This document shows, piece by piece, positions 25,025 through 40,059 of a stretch of 64,000 nt of DNA. Origin of the DNA: Auanema rhodensis (Eukaryota > Animalia > Nematoda); NCBI GenBank assembly GCA_964057225.1, contig OZ059900.1, positions 4,154,001 through 4,218,000 of the forward strand. The letters run 5' to 3'. Both the position numbers and the translations under genes were made by a program. Under the pieces are notes generated by a model that worked only from the letters and a program-made list of their open reading frames with translations, was not told the origin of the DNA and ran no database searches. How positions within the stretch are numbered: position 1 is the first letter of the stretch; every line of letters starts with the position of its first letter.

Positions 25025-26996
25025 CGCAATAGAGAATCCATTATTTCTCACTAAACAATATAAATATCGAGAAGTAGAATAATTTTTTTTTCCCAATTCA
25101 CCAAAAAAATTAAGAAAGTTGAAAAATCACACAGAAACGACACATTATAGAAAATATTCACATTTTTCAATGTGAACAAGTAAAATTGCAGATAACGAAA
25201 ATTATTGTAAAAATTTTCTGCTGCTACCTTACGATTGTGATATCGTTTCGGTGAATAGTGTAACAATCTTCAGATATTATTTCATAATGTTTATATTCCG
25301 ATGAAACATTCCAGTAAAAATTTTATGTAAAATACTTTTCCTGCAAAAATACACCTACAAACTACTTTTCCTGCAAAATTACACGAAAAAAAATTTTTCC
25401 TGCAAAAATACACAAAGAAAAAGTTTTCATGTATAAATACACGAAAAATAATTTTTCCTGCAAAAATACACAAAGAAAAAGTTTTCATGTATAAATACAC
25501 AAAGAAAAAGTTTTCATGTATAAATACACGAAGAAACTACTTTTCCTGCAAAAATACACAAAGAAAAAGTTTTCATGTATAAATACACGAAAAATAATTT
25601 TTCCTGCAAAAATACACAAAGAAAAAGTTTTCATGTATAAATACACAAAGAAAAAGTTTTCATGTATAAATACACGAAGAAACTACTTTTCCTGCAAAAA
25701 TACACAAAGAAAAAGTTTTCATGTATAAATACACGAAAAAAAGTTTTTCCTGCAAAAATACACGAAGAAACTACTTTTACCGCAAAAATACACGAAGAAA
25801 CTACTTTTCCTGCAAAAATACACCTACAAATTACATTTCCTGCAAAAATACACGAAAAAAAATTTTTCCTGCAAAAATACACAAAGAAAAAGTTTTCATG
25901 TATAAACACACGAAAAAAAATTTTTCCTGCAAAAATACACGAAGAAACTACTTTTCTTGCAAAAATACACAAAGAAAAAGTTTTCCTGCAAATATACACG
26001 AAAAAAAATTTTTCCTGCAAAAATACACGAAAAAAAATTTTTCTCCCTGCAAAAATGCGAAAAAAAAAAATTTATTCAGAAATACTTCCCCGAAGACATA
26101 TGGTATCAAAATTTCGTTCCTCTCTCATTTACTTGATTGATTCTGTCAGCGCTGTATGCTCAAGTAAAAGATTAAGCCATGCATGTATAAAGTTCATCAT
26201 TTTTGAGAAACTGCAATAGGCTCACAGCTCAGAGACCAAAAAAATTTCCAAGTCCAAAAAAAATTTTTTTTTCAACATGTTTTCACGATACTCTCAAAAC
26301 ATTTTTTACACATTTTTAAAGAGTTTTAACATTGGAATTGAGAAACAAAATTTTTTTTTTACTTGATTGATTCTGTCAGCGCTGTAGCTTTCGTCAAGGA
26401 TTAAGCCATGCCAACCGCTCACCGACCACAAAAAAATTTTTTTCACGTACTTGATTGATTCTGTCAGCGCTGTATGCTCAAGTAAAAGATTAAGCCATGC
26501 ATGTAGAAAGTTGAACTTTTTAAGCCAAACCGCCAACCGACCAAAAATTTTGTCTAGTCAAAAATTATGGAAATTTTTGAAAAAATATGCAAATTTTTTT
26601 TTTCAAAACTATTTTTCAGAGTAGTCTTATTCTATTTTCTGACTCTTTTTACATATTTTACACTATATATGAAATATGTTTTGGAAAATTTCCCGATATG
26701 GCTTAATCCTTGAGGAAAGCTACAGCGCTGACAGAATCAATCAAGTAAAATTTGCCATTTTTATCAAAATTTTTGATTTTTTAAATTAAAATTCTCGGGT
26801 GACCATTTATATGCGCTTTTTTTTGAAAAATGGTTCCAATATTCCAATAAAGTATACTTTTTCTTACAAATAAAGTATACCTTTTCTTACAAATAAAGTA
26901 TACCTTTTTTAAAATAAGGTGTCAATATTGCTATCGCTATATACAATCAATAAAACGTTATTTGAAACAAGAATAAGGTATACTTTCAGGTATAAA

Positions 26997-27068
26997 ACAA
27001 AACATCCAATCAAAGGATAGTCTCAACAGATCGCAGTTTATAAAGACTGCTCTACTGGATACAACACC
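26997..27068 (-). rRNA. 28S 3'-terminal fragment
   Basis: Copy of 2794-2865. Confidence 0.88.
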
Positions 27069-27912
27069 TACGAATGCCCCCGAATCGTCCCTATTAATCA
27101 TTAATTCGACTCTCAAACCAATAAATAGAACCGAAGTCCTCTTTTATTATTCCATGATAGCACATACAAGCAATCGCTTGCTTTGAGCGCTTTGATTTAT
27201 TCAAAGTAAACCCGAGCCAGTATACACACCGAAGTACATACACAAAACCGACAAAATAGACACATCTATGATTACCGGCAAGCCGTATCACAGAAAATGC
27301 CTCAGATCCAACTACGAGCTTTTTAACTACAGCAATAACGTTTTACACTAGTGGAGCTGGAATTACCGCGGCTGCTGGCACCAGACTTGCCCTCCACTGG
27401 GTCCTTGTAGAGCTATTTAAGCTCAGCTCAGTGAAATAATCAATCTAAAAAGATTGATCTTTTTATTTTTAGTTACTATCTCACTGAAGTAGTGGATAAG
27501 TTACGCGCCTGCTGCCTTCCTTGGATGTGGTAGCCGTTTCTAAGGCTCCCTCTCCGGAGTCGAACCCTAATTCTCCGTTACCCGTGATCACCATGGTAAA
27601 ACTCTATATTACCATCAGGTTGATAGGGCAAACATTAATCTCGAAAAAAGACAGTAAAACCGTCGATTAACTGGGTTATTCAGAGTCAACAAACATTAAA
27701 TTGGTTTGTACTAATAACTGCGTTGAACTTGGGAAGAAGAACAACTATTAAGCATGTATTAGCTCCAGAATTACCACAGTTATCCATAGAAATCGAGAAA
27801 AATCATATCTGCTCTAATGAGCCGTTCGCAGTTTCTCAAAAATAATGAACTTTATACATGCATGGCTTAATCTTTTACTTGAGCATACAGCGCTGACAGA
27901 ATCAATCAGATT
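27069..27912 (-). rRNA. 18S 5' fragment (truncated)
   Basis: Copy of 2866-3709. Confidence 0.97.
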
Positions 27913-29884
27913 CGCAATAGAGAATCCATTATTTCTTACTAAACAATATAAATATCGAGAAGTAGAATAATTTTTTTTTCCCAATTCACCAAAAAAATTA
28001 AGAAAGTTGAAAAATCACACAGAAACGACACATTATAGAAAATATTCACATTTTTCAATGTGAACAAGTAAAATTGCAGATAACGAAAATTATTGTAAAA
28101 ATTTTCTCCTGCTACCTTACGATTGTGATATCGTTTCGGTGAATAGTGTAACAATCTTCAGATATTATTTCATAATGTTTATATTCCGATGAAACATTCC
28201 AGTAAAAATTTTATGTAAAATACTTTTCCTGCAAAAATACACCTACAAACTACTTTTCCTGCAAAATTACACGAAAAAAAATTTTTCCTGCAAAAATACA
28301 CAAAGAAAAAGTTTTCATGTATAAATACACGAAAAATAATTTTTCCTGCAAAAATACACAAAGAAAAAGTTTTCATGTATAAATACACAAAGAAAAAGTT
28401 TTCATGTATAAATACACGAAGAAACTACTTTTCCTGCAAAAATACACAAAGAAAAAGTTTTCATGTATAAATACACGAAAAATAATTTTTCCTGCAAAAA
28501 TACACAAAGAAAAAGTTTTCATGTATAAATACACAAAGAAAAAGTTTTCATGTATAAATACACGAAGAAACTACTTTTCCTGCAAAAATACACAAAGAAA
28601 AAGTTTTCATGTATAAATACACGAAAAAAAGTTTTTCCTGCAAAAATACACGAAGAAACTACTTTTACCGCAAAAATACACGAAGAAACTACTTTTCCTG
28701 CAAAAATACACCTACAAATTACATTTCCTGCAAAAATACACGAAAAAAAATTTTTCCTGCAAAAATACACAAAGAAAAAGTTTTCATGTATAAACACACG
28801 AAAAAAAATTTTTCCTGCAAAAATACACGAAGAAACTACTTTTCTTGCAAAAATACACAAAGAAAAAGTTTTCCTGCAAATATACACGAAAAAAAATTTT
28901 TCCTGCAAAAATACACGAAAAAAAATTTTTCTCCCTGCAAAAATGCGAAAAAAAAAAATTTATTCAGAAATACTTCCCCGAAGACATATGGTATCAAAAT
29001 TTCGTTCCTCTCTCATTTACTTGATTGATTCTGTCAGCGCTGTATGCTCAAGTAAAAGATTAAGCCATGCATGTATAAAGTTCATCATTTTTGAGAAACT
29101 GCAATAGGCTCACAGCTCAGAGACCAAAAAAATTTCCAAGTCCAAAAAAAATTTTTTTTTCAACATGTTTTCACGATACTCTCAAAACATTTTTTACACA
29201 TTTTTAAAGAGTTTTAACATTGGAATTGAGAAACAAAATTTTTTTTTTACTTGATTGATTCTGTCAGCGCTGTAGCTTTCGTCAAGGATTAAGCCATGCC
29301 AACCGCTCACCGACCACAAAAAAATTTTTTTCACGTACTTGATTGATTCTGTCAGCGCTGTATGCTCAAGTAAAAGATTAAGCCATGCATGTAGAAAGTT
29401 GAACTTTTTAAGCCAAACCGCCAACCGACCAAAAATTTTGTCTAGTCAAAAATTATGGAAATTTTTGAAAAAATATGCAAATTTTTTTTTTCAAAACTAT
29501 TTTTCAGAGTAGTCTTATTCTATTTTCTGACTCTTTTTACATATTTTACACTATATATGAAATATGTTTTGGAAAATTTCCCGATATGGCTTAATCCTTG
29601 AGGAAAGCTACAGCGCTGACAGAATCAATCAAGTAAAATTTGCCATTTTTATCAAAATTTTTGATTTTTTAAATTAAAATTCTCGGGTGACCATTTATAT
29701 GCGCTTTTTTTTGAAAAATGGTTCCAATATTCCAATAAAGTATACTTTTTCTTACAAATAAAGTATACCTTTTCTTACAAATAAAGTATACCTTTTTTAA
29801 AATAAGGTGTCAATATTGCTATCGCTATATACAATCAATAAAACGTTATTTGAAACAAGAATAAGGTATACTTTCAGGTATAAA

Positions 29885-29956
29885 ACAAAACATCCAATCA
29901 AAGGATAGTCTCAACAGATCGCAGTTTATAAAGACTGCTCTACTGGATACAACACC
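29885..29956 (-). rRNA. 28S 3'-terminal fragment
   Basis: Copy of 2794-2865. Confidence 0.88.
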
Positions 29957-30800
29957 TACGAATGCCCCCGAATCGTCCCTATTAATCATTAATTCGACTC
30001 TCAAACCAATAAATAGAACCGAAGTCCTCTTTTATTATTCCATGATAGCACATACAAGCAATCGCTTGCTTTGAGCGCTTTGATTTATTCAAAGTAAACC
30101 CGAGCCAGTATACACACCGAAGTACATACACAAAACCGACAAAATAGACACATCTATGATTACCGGCAAGCCGTATCACAGAAAATGCCTCAGATCCAAC
30201 TACGAGCTTTTTAACTACAGCAATAACGTTTTACACTAGTGGAGCTGGAATTACCGCGGCTGCTGGCACCAGACTTGCCCTCCACTGGGTCCTTGTAGAG
30301 CTATTTAAGCTCAGCTCAGTGAAATAATCAATCTAAAAAGATTGATCTTTTTATTTTTAGTTACTATCTCACTGAAGTAGTGGATAAGTTACGCGCCTGC
30401 TGCCTTCCTTGGATGTGGTAGCCGTTTCTAAGGCTCCCTCTCCGGAGTCGAACCCTAATTCTCCGTTACCCGTGATCACCATGGTAAAACTCTATATTAC
30501 CATCAGGTTGATAGGGCAAACATTAATCTCGAAAAAAGACAGTAAAACCGTCGATTAACTGGGTTATTCAGAGTCAACAAACATTAAATTGGTTTGTACT
30601 AATAACTGCGTTGAACTTGGGAAGAAGAACAACTATTAAGCATGTATTAGCTCCAGAATTACCACAGTTATCCATAGAAATCGAGAAAAATCATATCTGC
30701 TCTAATGAGCCGTTCGCAGTTTCTCAAAAATAATGAACTTTATACATGCATGGCTTAATCTTTTACTTGAGCATACAGCGCTGACAGAATCAATCAGATT
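29957..30800 (-). rRNA. 18S 5' fragment (truncated)
   Basis: Copy of 2866-3709. Confidence 0.97.
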
Positions 30801-32946
30801 CGCAATAGAGAATCCATTATTTCTTACTAAACAATATAAATATCGAGAAGTAGAATAATTTTTTTTTCCCAATTCACCAAAAAAATTAAGAAAGTTGAAA
30901 AATCACACAGAAACGACACATTATAGAAAATATTCACATTTTTCAATGTGAACAAGTAAAATTGCAGATAACGAAAATTATTGTAAAAATTTTCTCCTGC
31001 TACCTTACGATTGTGATATCGTTTCGGTGAATAGTGTAACAATCTTCAGATATTATTTCATAATGTTTATATTCCGATGAAACATTCCAGTAAAAATTTT
31101 ATGTAAAATACTTTTTCTGCAAAAATACACCTACAAACTACTTTTCCTGCAAAATTACACGAAAAAAAATTTTTCCTGCAAAAATACACAAAGAAAAAGT
31201 TTTCATGTATAAATACACGAAAAATAATTTTTCCTGCAAAAATACACAAAGAAAAAGTTTTCATGTATAAATACACAAAGAAAAAGTTTTCATGTATAAA
31301 TACACGAAGAAACTACTTTTCCTGCAAAAATACACAAAGAAAAAGTTTTCATGTATAAATACACGAAAAATAATTTTTCCTGCAAAAATACACAAAGAAA
31401 AAGTTTTCATGTATAAATACACAAAGAAAAAGTTTTCATGTATAAATACACGAAGAAACTACTTTTCCTGCAAAAATACACAAAGAAAAAGTTTTCATGT
31501 ATAAATACACGAAAAAAAGTTTTTCCTGCAAAAATACACGAAGAAACTACTTTTACCGCAAAAATACACGAAGAAAAAGTTTTCATGTATAAATACACGA
31601 AAAATAATTTTTCCTGCAAAAATACACAAAGAAAAAGTTTTCATGTATAAATACACAAAGAAAAAGTTTTCATGTATAAATACACGAAGAAACTACTTTT
31701 CCTGCAAAAATACACAAAGAAAAAGTTTTCATGTATAAATACACGAAGAAACTACTTTTCCTGCAAAAATACACAAAGAAAAAGTTTTCATGTATAAATA
31801 CACGAAAAATAATTTTTCCTGCAAAAATACACAAAGAAAAAGTTTTCATGTATAAACACACGAAAAAAAATTTTTCCTGCAAAAATACACGAAGAAACTA
31901 CTTTTCTTGCAAAAATACACAAAGAAAAAGTTTTCCTGCAAATATACACGAAAAAAAATTTTTCCTGCAAAAATACACGAAAAAAAATTTTTCTCCCTGC
32001 AAAAATGCGAAAAAAAAAAATTTATTCAGAAATACTTCCCCGAAGACATATGGTATCAAAATTTCGTTCCTCTCTCATTTACTTGATTGATTCTGTCAGC
32101 GCTGTATGCTCAAGTAAAAGATTAAGCCATGCATGTATAAAGTTCATCATTTTTGAGAAACTGCAATAGGCTCACAGCTCAGAGACCAAAAAAATTTCCA
32201 AGTCCAAAAAAAATTTTTTTTTCAACATGTTTTCACGATACTCTCAAAACATTTTTTACACATTTTTAAAGAGTTTTAACATTGGAATTGAGAAACAAAA
32301 TTTTTTTTTTACTTGATTGATTCTGTCAGCGCTGTAGCTTTCGTCAAGGATTAAGCCATGCCAACCGCTCACCGACCACAAAAAAATTTTTTTCACGTAC
32401 TTGATTGATTCTGTCAGCGCTGTATGCTCAAGTAAAAGATTAAGCCATGCATGTAGAAAGTTGAACTTTTTAAGCCAAACCGCCAACCGACCAAAAATTT
32501 TGTCTAGTCAAAAATTATGGAAATTTTTGAAAAAATATGCAAATTTTTTTTTTCAAAACTATTTTTCAGAGTAGTCTTATTCTATTTTCTGACTCTTTTT
32601 ACATATTTTACACTATATATGAAATATGTTTTGGAAAATTTCCCGATATGGCTTAATCCTTGAGGAAAGCTACAGCGCTGACAGAATCAATCAAGTAAAA
32701 TTTGCCATTTTTATCAAAATTTTTGATTTTTTAAATTAAAATTCTCGGGTGACCATTTATATGCGCTTTTTTTTGAAAAATGGTTCCAATATTCCAATAA
32801 AGTATACTTTTTCTTACAAATAAAGTATACCTTTTCTTACAAATAAAGTATACCTTTTTTAAAATAAGGTATCAATATTGCTATCGCTATATACAATCAA
32901 TAAAACGTTATTTGAAACAAGAATAAGGTATACTTTCAGGTATAAA

Positions 32947-33018
32947 ACAAAACATCCAATCAAAGGATAGTCTCAACAGATCGCAGTTTATAAAGACTGC
33001 TCTACTGGATACAACACC
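32947..33018 (-). rRNA. 28S 3'-terminal fragment
   Basis: Copy of 2794-2865. Confidence 0.88.
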
Positions 33019-33862
33019 TACGAATGCCCCCGAATCGTCCCTATTAATCATTAATTCGACTCTCAAACCAATAAATAGAACCGAAGTCCTCTTTTATTAT
33101 TCCATGATAGCACATACAAGCAATCGCTTGCTTTGAGCGCTTTGATTTATTCAAAGTAAACCCGAGCCAGTATACACACCGAAGTACATACACAAAACCG
33201 ACAAAATAGACACATCTATGATTACCGGCAAGCCGTATCACAGAAAATGCCTCAGATCCAACTACGAGCTTTTTAACTACAGCAATAACGTTTTACACTA
33301 GTGGAGCTGGAATTACCGCGGCTGCTGGCACCAGACTTGCCCTCCACTGGGTCCTTGTAGAGCTATTTAAGCTCAGCTCAGTGAAATAATCAATCTAAAA
33401 AGATTGATCTTTTTATTTTTAGTTACTATCTCACTGAAGTAGTGGATAAGTTACGCGCCTGCTGCCTTCCTTGGATGTGGTAGCCGTTTCTAAGGCTCCC
33501 TCTCCGGAGTCGAACCCTAATTCTCCGTTACCCGTGATCACCATGGTAAAACTCTATATTACCATCAGGTTGATAGGGCAAACATTAATCTCGAAAAAAG
33601 ACAGTAAAACCGTCGATTAACTGGGTTATTCAGAGTCAACAAACATTAAATTGGTTTGTACTAATAACTGCGTTGAACTTGGGAAGAAGAACAACTATTA
33701 AGCATGTATTAGCTCCAGAATTACCACAGTTATCCATAGAAATCGAGAAAAATCATATCTGCTCTAATGAGCCGTTCGCAGTTTCTCAAAAATAATGAAC
33801 TTTATACATGCATGGCTTAATCTTTTACTTGAGCATACAGCGCTGACAGAATCAATCAGATT
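33019..33862 (-). rRNA. 18S 5' fragment (truncated)
   Basis: Copy of 2866-3709. Confidence 0.97.
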
Positions 33863-35950
33863 CGCAATAGAGAATCCATTATTTCTTACTAAACAATATA
33901 AATATCGAGAAGTAGAATAATTTTTTTTTCCCAATTCACCAAAAAAATTAAGAAAGTTGAAAAATCACACAGAAACGACACATTATAGAAAATATTCACA
34001 TTTTTCAATGTGAACAAGTAAAATTGCAGATAACGAAAATTATTGTAAAAATTTTCTCCTGCTACCTTACGATTGTGATATCGTTTCGGTGAATAGTGTA
34101 ACAATCTTCAGATATTATTTCATAATGTTTATATTCCGATGAAACATTCCAGTAAAAATTTTATGTAAAATACTTTTCCTGCAAAAATACACCTACAAAC
34201 TACTTTTCCTGCAAAATTACACGAAAAAAAATTTTTCCTGCAAAAATACACAAAGAAAAAGTTTTCATGTATAAATACACGAAAAATAATTTTTCCTGCA
34301 AAAATACACAAAGAAAAAGTTTTCATGTATAAATACACAAAGAAAAAGTTTTCATGTATAAATACACGAAGAAACTACTTTTCCTGCAAAAATACACAAA
34401 GAAAAAGTTTTCATGTATAAATACACGAAAAATAATTTTTCCTGCAAAAATACACAAAGAAAAAGTTTTCATGTATAAATACACAAAGAAAAAGTTTTCA
34501 TGTATAAATACACGAAGAAACTACTTTTCCTGCAAAAATACACAAAGAAAAAGTTTTCATGTATAAATACACGAAAAAAAGTTTTTCCTGCAAAAATACA
34601 CGAAGAAACTACTTTTACCGCAAAAATACACGAAGAAACTACTTTTCCTGCAAAAATACACCTACAAATTACATTTCCTGCAAAAATACACGAAAAAAAA
34701 TTTTTCCTGCAAAAATACACAAAGAAAAAGTTTTCATGTATAAACACACGAAAAAAAATTTTTCCTGCAAAAATACACGAAGAAACTACTTTTCTTGCAA
34801 AAATACACAAAGAAAAAGTTTTCCTGCAAATATACACGAAAAAAAATTTTTCCTGCAAAAATACACGAAAAAAAATTTTTCCTGCAAAAATACACGAAAA
34901 AAAATTTTTCCTACAAAAATACACAAAAAAAAATTTTTCCCTGCAAAAATTCTAAAAAAAAATTTTTCCCTTGTAAAAATTCACTAAAAAATTTTTCTCC
35001 CTGCAAAAATGCGAAAAAAAAAAATTTATTCAGAAATACTTCCCCGAAGACATATGGTATCAAAATTTCGTTCCTCTCTCATTTACTTGATTGATTCTGT
35101 CAGCGCTGTATGCTCAAGTAAAAGATTAAGCCATGCATGTATAAAGTTCATCATTTTTGAGAAACTGCGATAGGCTCACAGCTCAGAGACCAAAAAAATT
35201 TCCAAGTCCAAAAAAAATTTTTTTTTCAACATGTTTTCACGATACTCTCAAAACATTTTTTACACATTTTTAAAGAGTTTTAACATTGGAATTGAGAAAC
35301 AAAATTTTTTTTTTACTTGATTGATTCTGTCAGCGCTGTAGCTTTCGTCAAGGATTAAGCCATGCCAACCGCTCACCGACCACAAAAAAATTTTTTTCAC
35401 GTACTTGATTGATTCTGTCAGCGCTGTATGCTCAAGTAAAAGATTAAGCCATGCATGTAGAAAGTTGAACTTTTTAAGCCAAACCGCCAACCGACCAAAA
35501 ATTTTGTCTAGTCAAAAATTATGGAAATTTTTGAAAAAATATGCAAATTTTTTTTTCCAAAACTATTTTTCAGAGTAGTCTTATTCTATTTTCTGACTCT
35601 TTTTACATATTTTACACTATATATGAAATATGTTTTGGAAAATTTCCCGATATGGCTTAATCCTTGAGGAAAGCTACAGCGCTGACAGAATCAATCAAGT
35701 AAAATTTGCCATTTTTATCAAAATTTTTGATTTTTTAAATTAAAATTCTCGGGTGACCATTTATATGCGCTTTTTTTTGAAAAATGGTTCCAATATTCCA
35801 ATAAAGTATACTTTTTCTTACAAATAAAGTATACCTTTTCTTACAAATAAAGTATACCTTTTTTAAAATAAGGTATCAATATTGCTATCGCTATATACAA
35901 TCAATAAAACGTTATTTGAAACAAGAATAAGGTATACTTTCAGGTATAAA

Positions 35951-36022
35951 ACAAAACATCCAATCAAAGGATAGTCTCAACAGATCGCAGTTTATAAAGA
36001 CTGCTCTACTGGATACAACACC
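35951..36022 (-). rRNA. 28S 3'-terminal fragment
   Basis: Copy of 2794-2865. Confidence 0.88.
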
Positions 36023-36866
36023 TACGAATGCCCCCGAATCGTCCCTATTAATCATTAATTCGACTCTCAAACCAATAAATAGAACCGAAGTCCTCTTTTA
36101 TTATTCCATGATAGCACATACAAGCAATCGCTTGCTTTGAGCGCTTTGATTTATTCAAAGTAAACCCGAGCCAGTATACACACCGAAGTACATACACAAA
36201 ACCGACAAAATAGACACATCTATGATTACCGGCAAGCCGTATCACAGAAAATGCCTCAGATCCAACTACGAGCTTTTTAACTACAGCAATAACGTTTTAC
36301 ACTAGTGGAGCTGGAATTACCGCGGCTGCTGGCACCAGACTTGCCCTCCACTGGGTCCTTGTAGAGCTATTTAAGCTCAGCTCAGTGAAATAATCAATCT
36401 AAAAAGATTGATCTTTTTATTTTTAGTTACTATCTCACTGAAGTAGTGGATAAGTTACGCGCCTGCTGCCTTCCTTGGATGTGGTAGCCGTTTCTAAGGC
36501 TCCCTCTCCGGAGTCGAACCCTAATTCTCCGTTACCCGTGATCACCATGGTAAAACTCTATATTACCATCAGGTTGATAGGGCAAACATTAATCTCGAAA
36601 AAAGACAGTAAAACCGTCGATTAACTGGGTTATTCAGAGTCAACAAACATTAAATTGGTTTGTACTAATAACTGCGTTGAACTTGGGAAGAAGAACAACT
36701 ATTAAGCATGTATTAGCTCCAGAATTACCACAGTTATCCATAGAAATCGAGAAAAATCATATCTGCTCTAATGAGCCGTTCGCAGTTTCTCAAAAATAAT
36801 GAACTTTATACATGCATGGCTTAATCTTTTACTTGAGCATACAGCGCTGACAGAATCAATCAGATT
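36023..36866 (-). rRNA. 18S 5' fragment (truncated)
   Basis: Copy of 2866-3709. Confidence 0.97.
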
Positions 36867-38838
36867 CGCAATAGAGAATCCATTATTTCTTACTAAACAA
36901 TATAAATATCGAGAAGTAGAATAATTTTTTTTTCCCAATTCACCAAAAAAATTAAGAAAGTTGAAAAATCACACAGAAACGACACATTATAGAAAATATT
37001 CACATTTTTCAATGTGAACAAGTAAAATTGCAGATAACGAAAATTATTGTAAAAATTTTCTCCTGCTACCTTACGATTGTGATATCGTTTCGGTGAATAG
37101 TGTAACAATCTTCAGATATTATTTCATAATGTTTATATTCCGATGAAACATTCCAGTAAAAATTTTATGTAAAATACTTTTCCTGCAAAAATACACCTAC
37201 AAACTACTTTTCCTGCAAAATTACACGAAAAAAAATTTTTCCTGCAAAAATACACAAAGAAAAAGTTTTCATGTATAAATACACGAAAAATAATTTTTCC
37301 TGCAAAAATACACAAAGAAAAAGTTTTCATGTATAAATACACAAAGAAAAAGTTTTCATGTATAAATACACGAAGAAACTACTTTTCCTGCAAAAATACA
37401 CAAAGAAAAAGTTTTCATGTATAAATACACGAAAAATAATTTTTCCTGCAAAAATACACAAAGAAAAAGTTTTCATGTATAAATACACAAAGAAAAAGTT
37501 TTCATGTATAAATACACGAAGAAACTACTTTTCCTGCAAAAATACACAAAGAAAAAGTTTTCATGTATAAATACACGAAAAAAAGTTTTTCCTGCAAAAA
37601 TACACGAAGAAACTACTTTTACCGCAAAAATACACGAAGAAACTACTTTTCCTGCAAAAATACACCTACAAATTACATTTCCTGCAAAAATACACGAAAA
37701 AAAATTTTTCCTGCAAAAATACACAAAGAAAAAGTTTTCATGTATAAACACACGAAAAAAAATTTTTCCTGCAAAAATACACGAAGAAACTACTTTTCTT
37801 GCAAAAATACACAAAGAAAAAGTTTTCCTGCAAATATACACGAAAAAAAATTTTTCCTGCAAAAATACACGAAAAAAAATTTTTCTCCCTGCAAAAATGC
37901 GAAAAAAAAAAATTTATTCAGAAATACTTCCCCGAAGACATATGGTATCAAAATTTCGTTCCTCTCTCATTTACTTGATTGATTCTGTCAGCGCTGTATG
38001 CTCAAGTAAAAGATTAAGCCATGCATGTATAAAGTTCATCATTTTTGAGAAACTGCAATAGGCTCACAGCTCAGAGACCAAAAAAATTTCCAAGTCCAAA
38101 AAAAATTTTTTTTTCAACATGTTTTCACGATACTCTCAAAACATTTTTTACACATTTTTAAAGAGTTTTAACATTGGAATTGAGAAACAAAATTTTTTTT
38201 TTACTTGATTGATTCTGTCAGCGCTGTAGCTTTCGTCAAGGATTAAGCCATGCCAACCGCTCACCGACCACAAAAAAATTTTTTTCACGTACTTGATTGA
38301 TTCTGTCAGCGCTGTATGCTCAAGTAAAAGATTAAGCCATGCATGTAGAAAGTTGAACTTTTTAAGCCAAACCGCCAACCGACCAAAAATTTTGTCTAGT
38401 CAAAAATTATGGAAATTTTTGAAAAAATATGCAAATTTTTTTTTTCAAAACTATTTTTCAGAGTAGTCTTATTCTATTTTCTGACTCTTTTTACATATTT
38501 TACACTATATATGAAATATGTTTTGGAAAATTTCCCGATATGGCTTAATCCTTGAGGAAAGCTACAGCGCTGACAGAATCAATCAAGTAAAATTTGCCAT
38601 TTTTATCAAAATTTTTGATTTTTTAAATTAAAATTCTCGGGTGACCATTTATATGCGCTTTTTTTTGAAAAATGGTTCCAATATTCCAATAAAGTATACT
38701 TTTTCTTACAAATAAAGTATACCTTTTCTTACAAATAAAGTATACCTTTTTTAAAATAAGGTATCAATATTGCTATCGCTATATACAATCAATAAAACGT
38801 TATTTGAAACAAGAATAAGGTATACTTTCAGGTATAAA

Positions 38839-38910
38839 ACAAAACATCCAATCAAAGGATAGTCTCAACAGATCGCAGTTTATAAAGACTGCTCTACTGG
38901 ATACAACACC
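38839..38910 (-). rRNA. 28S 3'-terminal fragment
   Basis: Copy of 2794-2865. Confidence 0.88.
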
Positions 38911-39754
38911 TACGAATGCCCCCGAATCGTCCCTATTAATCATTAATTCGACTCTCAAACCAATAAATAGAACCGAAGTCCTCTTTTATTATTCCATGAT
39001 AGCACATACAAGCAATCGCTTGCTTTGAGCGCTTTGATTTATTCAAAGTAAACCCGAGCCAGTATACACACCGAAGTACATACACAAAACCGACAAAATA
39101 GACACATCTATGATTACCGGCAAGCCGTATCACAGAAAATGCCTCAGATCCAACTACGAGCTTTTTAACTACAGCAATAACGTTTTACACTAGTGGAGCT
39201 GGAATTACCGCGGCTGCTGGCACCAGACTTGCCCTCCACTGGGTCCTTGTAGAGCTATTTAAGCTCAGCTCAGTGAAATAATCAATCTAAAAAGATTGAT
39301 CTTTTTATTTTTAGTTACTATCTCACTGAAGTAGTGGATAAGTTACGCGCCTGCTGCCTTCCTTGGATGTGGTAGCCGTTTCTAAGGCTCCCTCTCCGGA
39401 GTCGAACCCTAATTCTCCGTTACCCGTGATCACCATGGTAAAACTCTATATTACCATCAGGTTGATAGGGCAAACATTAATCTCGAAAAAAGACAGTAAA
39501 ACCGTCGATTAACTGGGTTATTCAGAGTCAACAAACATTAAATTGGTTTGTACTAATAACTGCGTTGAACTTGGGAAGAAGAACAACTATTAAGCATGTA
39601 TTAGCTCCAGAATTACCACAGTTATCCATAGAAATCGAGAAAAATCATATCTGCTCTAATGAGCCGTTCGCAGTTTCTCAAAAATAATGAACTTTATACA
39701 TGCATGGCTTAATCTTTTACTTGAGCATACAGCGCTGACAGAATCAATCAGATT
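38911..39754 (-). rRNA. 18S 5' fragment (truncated)
   Basis: Copy of 2866-3709. Confidence 0.97.
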
Positions 39755-40059
39755 CGCAATAGAGAATCCATTATTTCTTACTAAACAATATAAATATCGA
39801 GAAGTAGAATAATTTTTTTTTCCCAATTCACCAAAAAAATTAAGAAAGTTGAAAAATCACACAGAAACGACACATTATAGAAAATATTCACATTTTTCAA
39901 TGTGAACAAGTAAAATTGCAGATAACGAAAATTATTGTAAAAATTTTCTCCTGCTACCTTACGATTGTGATATCGTTTCGGTGAATAGTGTAACAATCTT
40001 CAGATATTATTTCATAATGTTTATATTCCGATGAAACATTCCAGTAAAAATTTTATGTA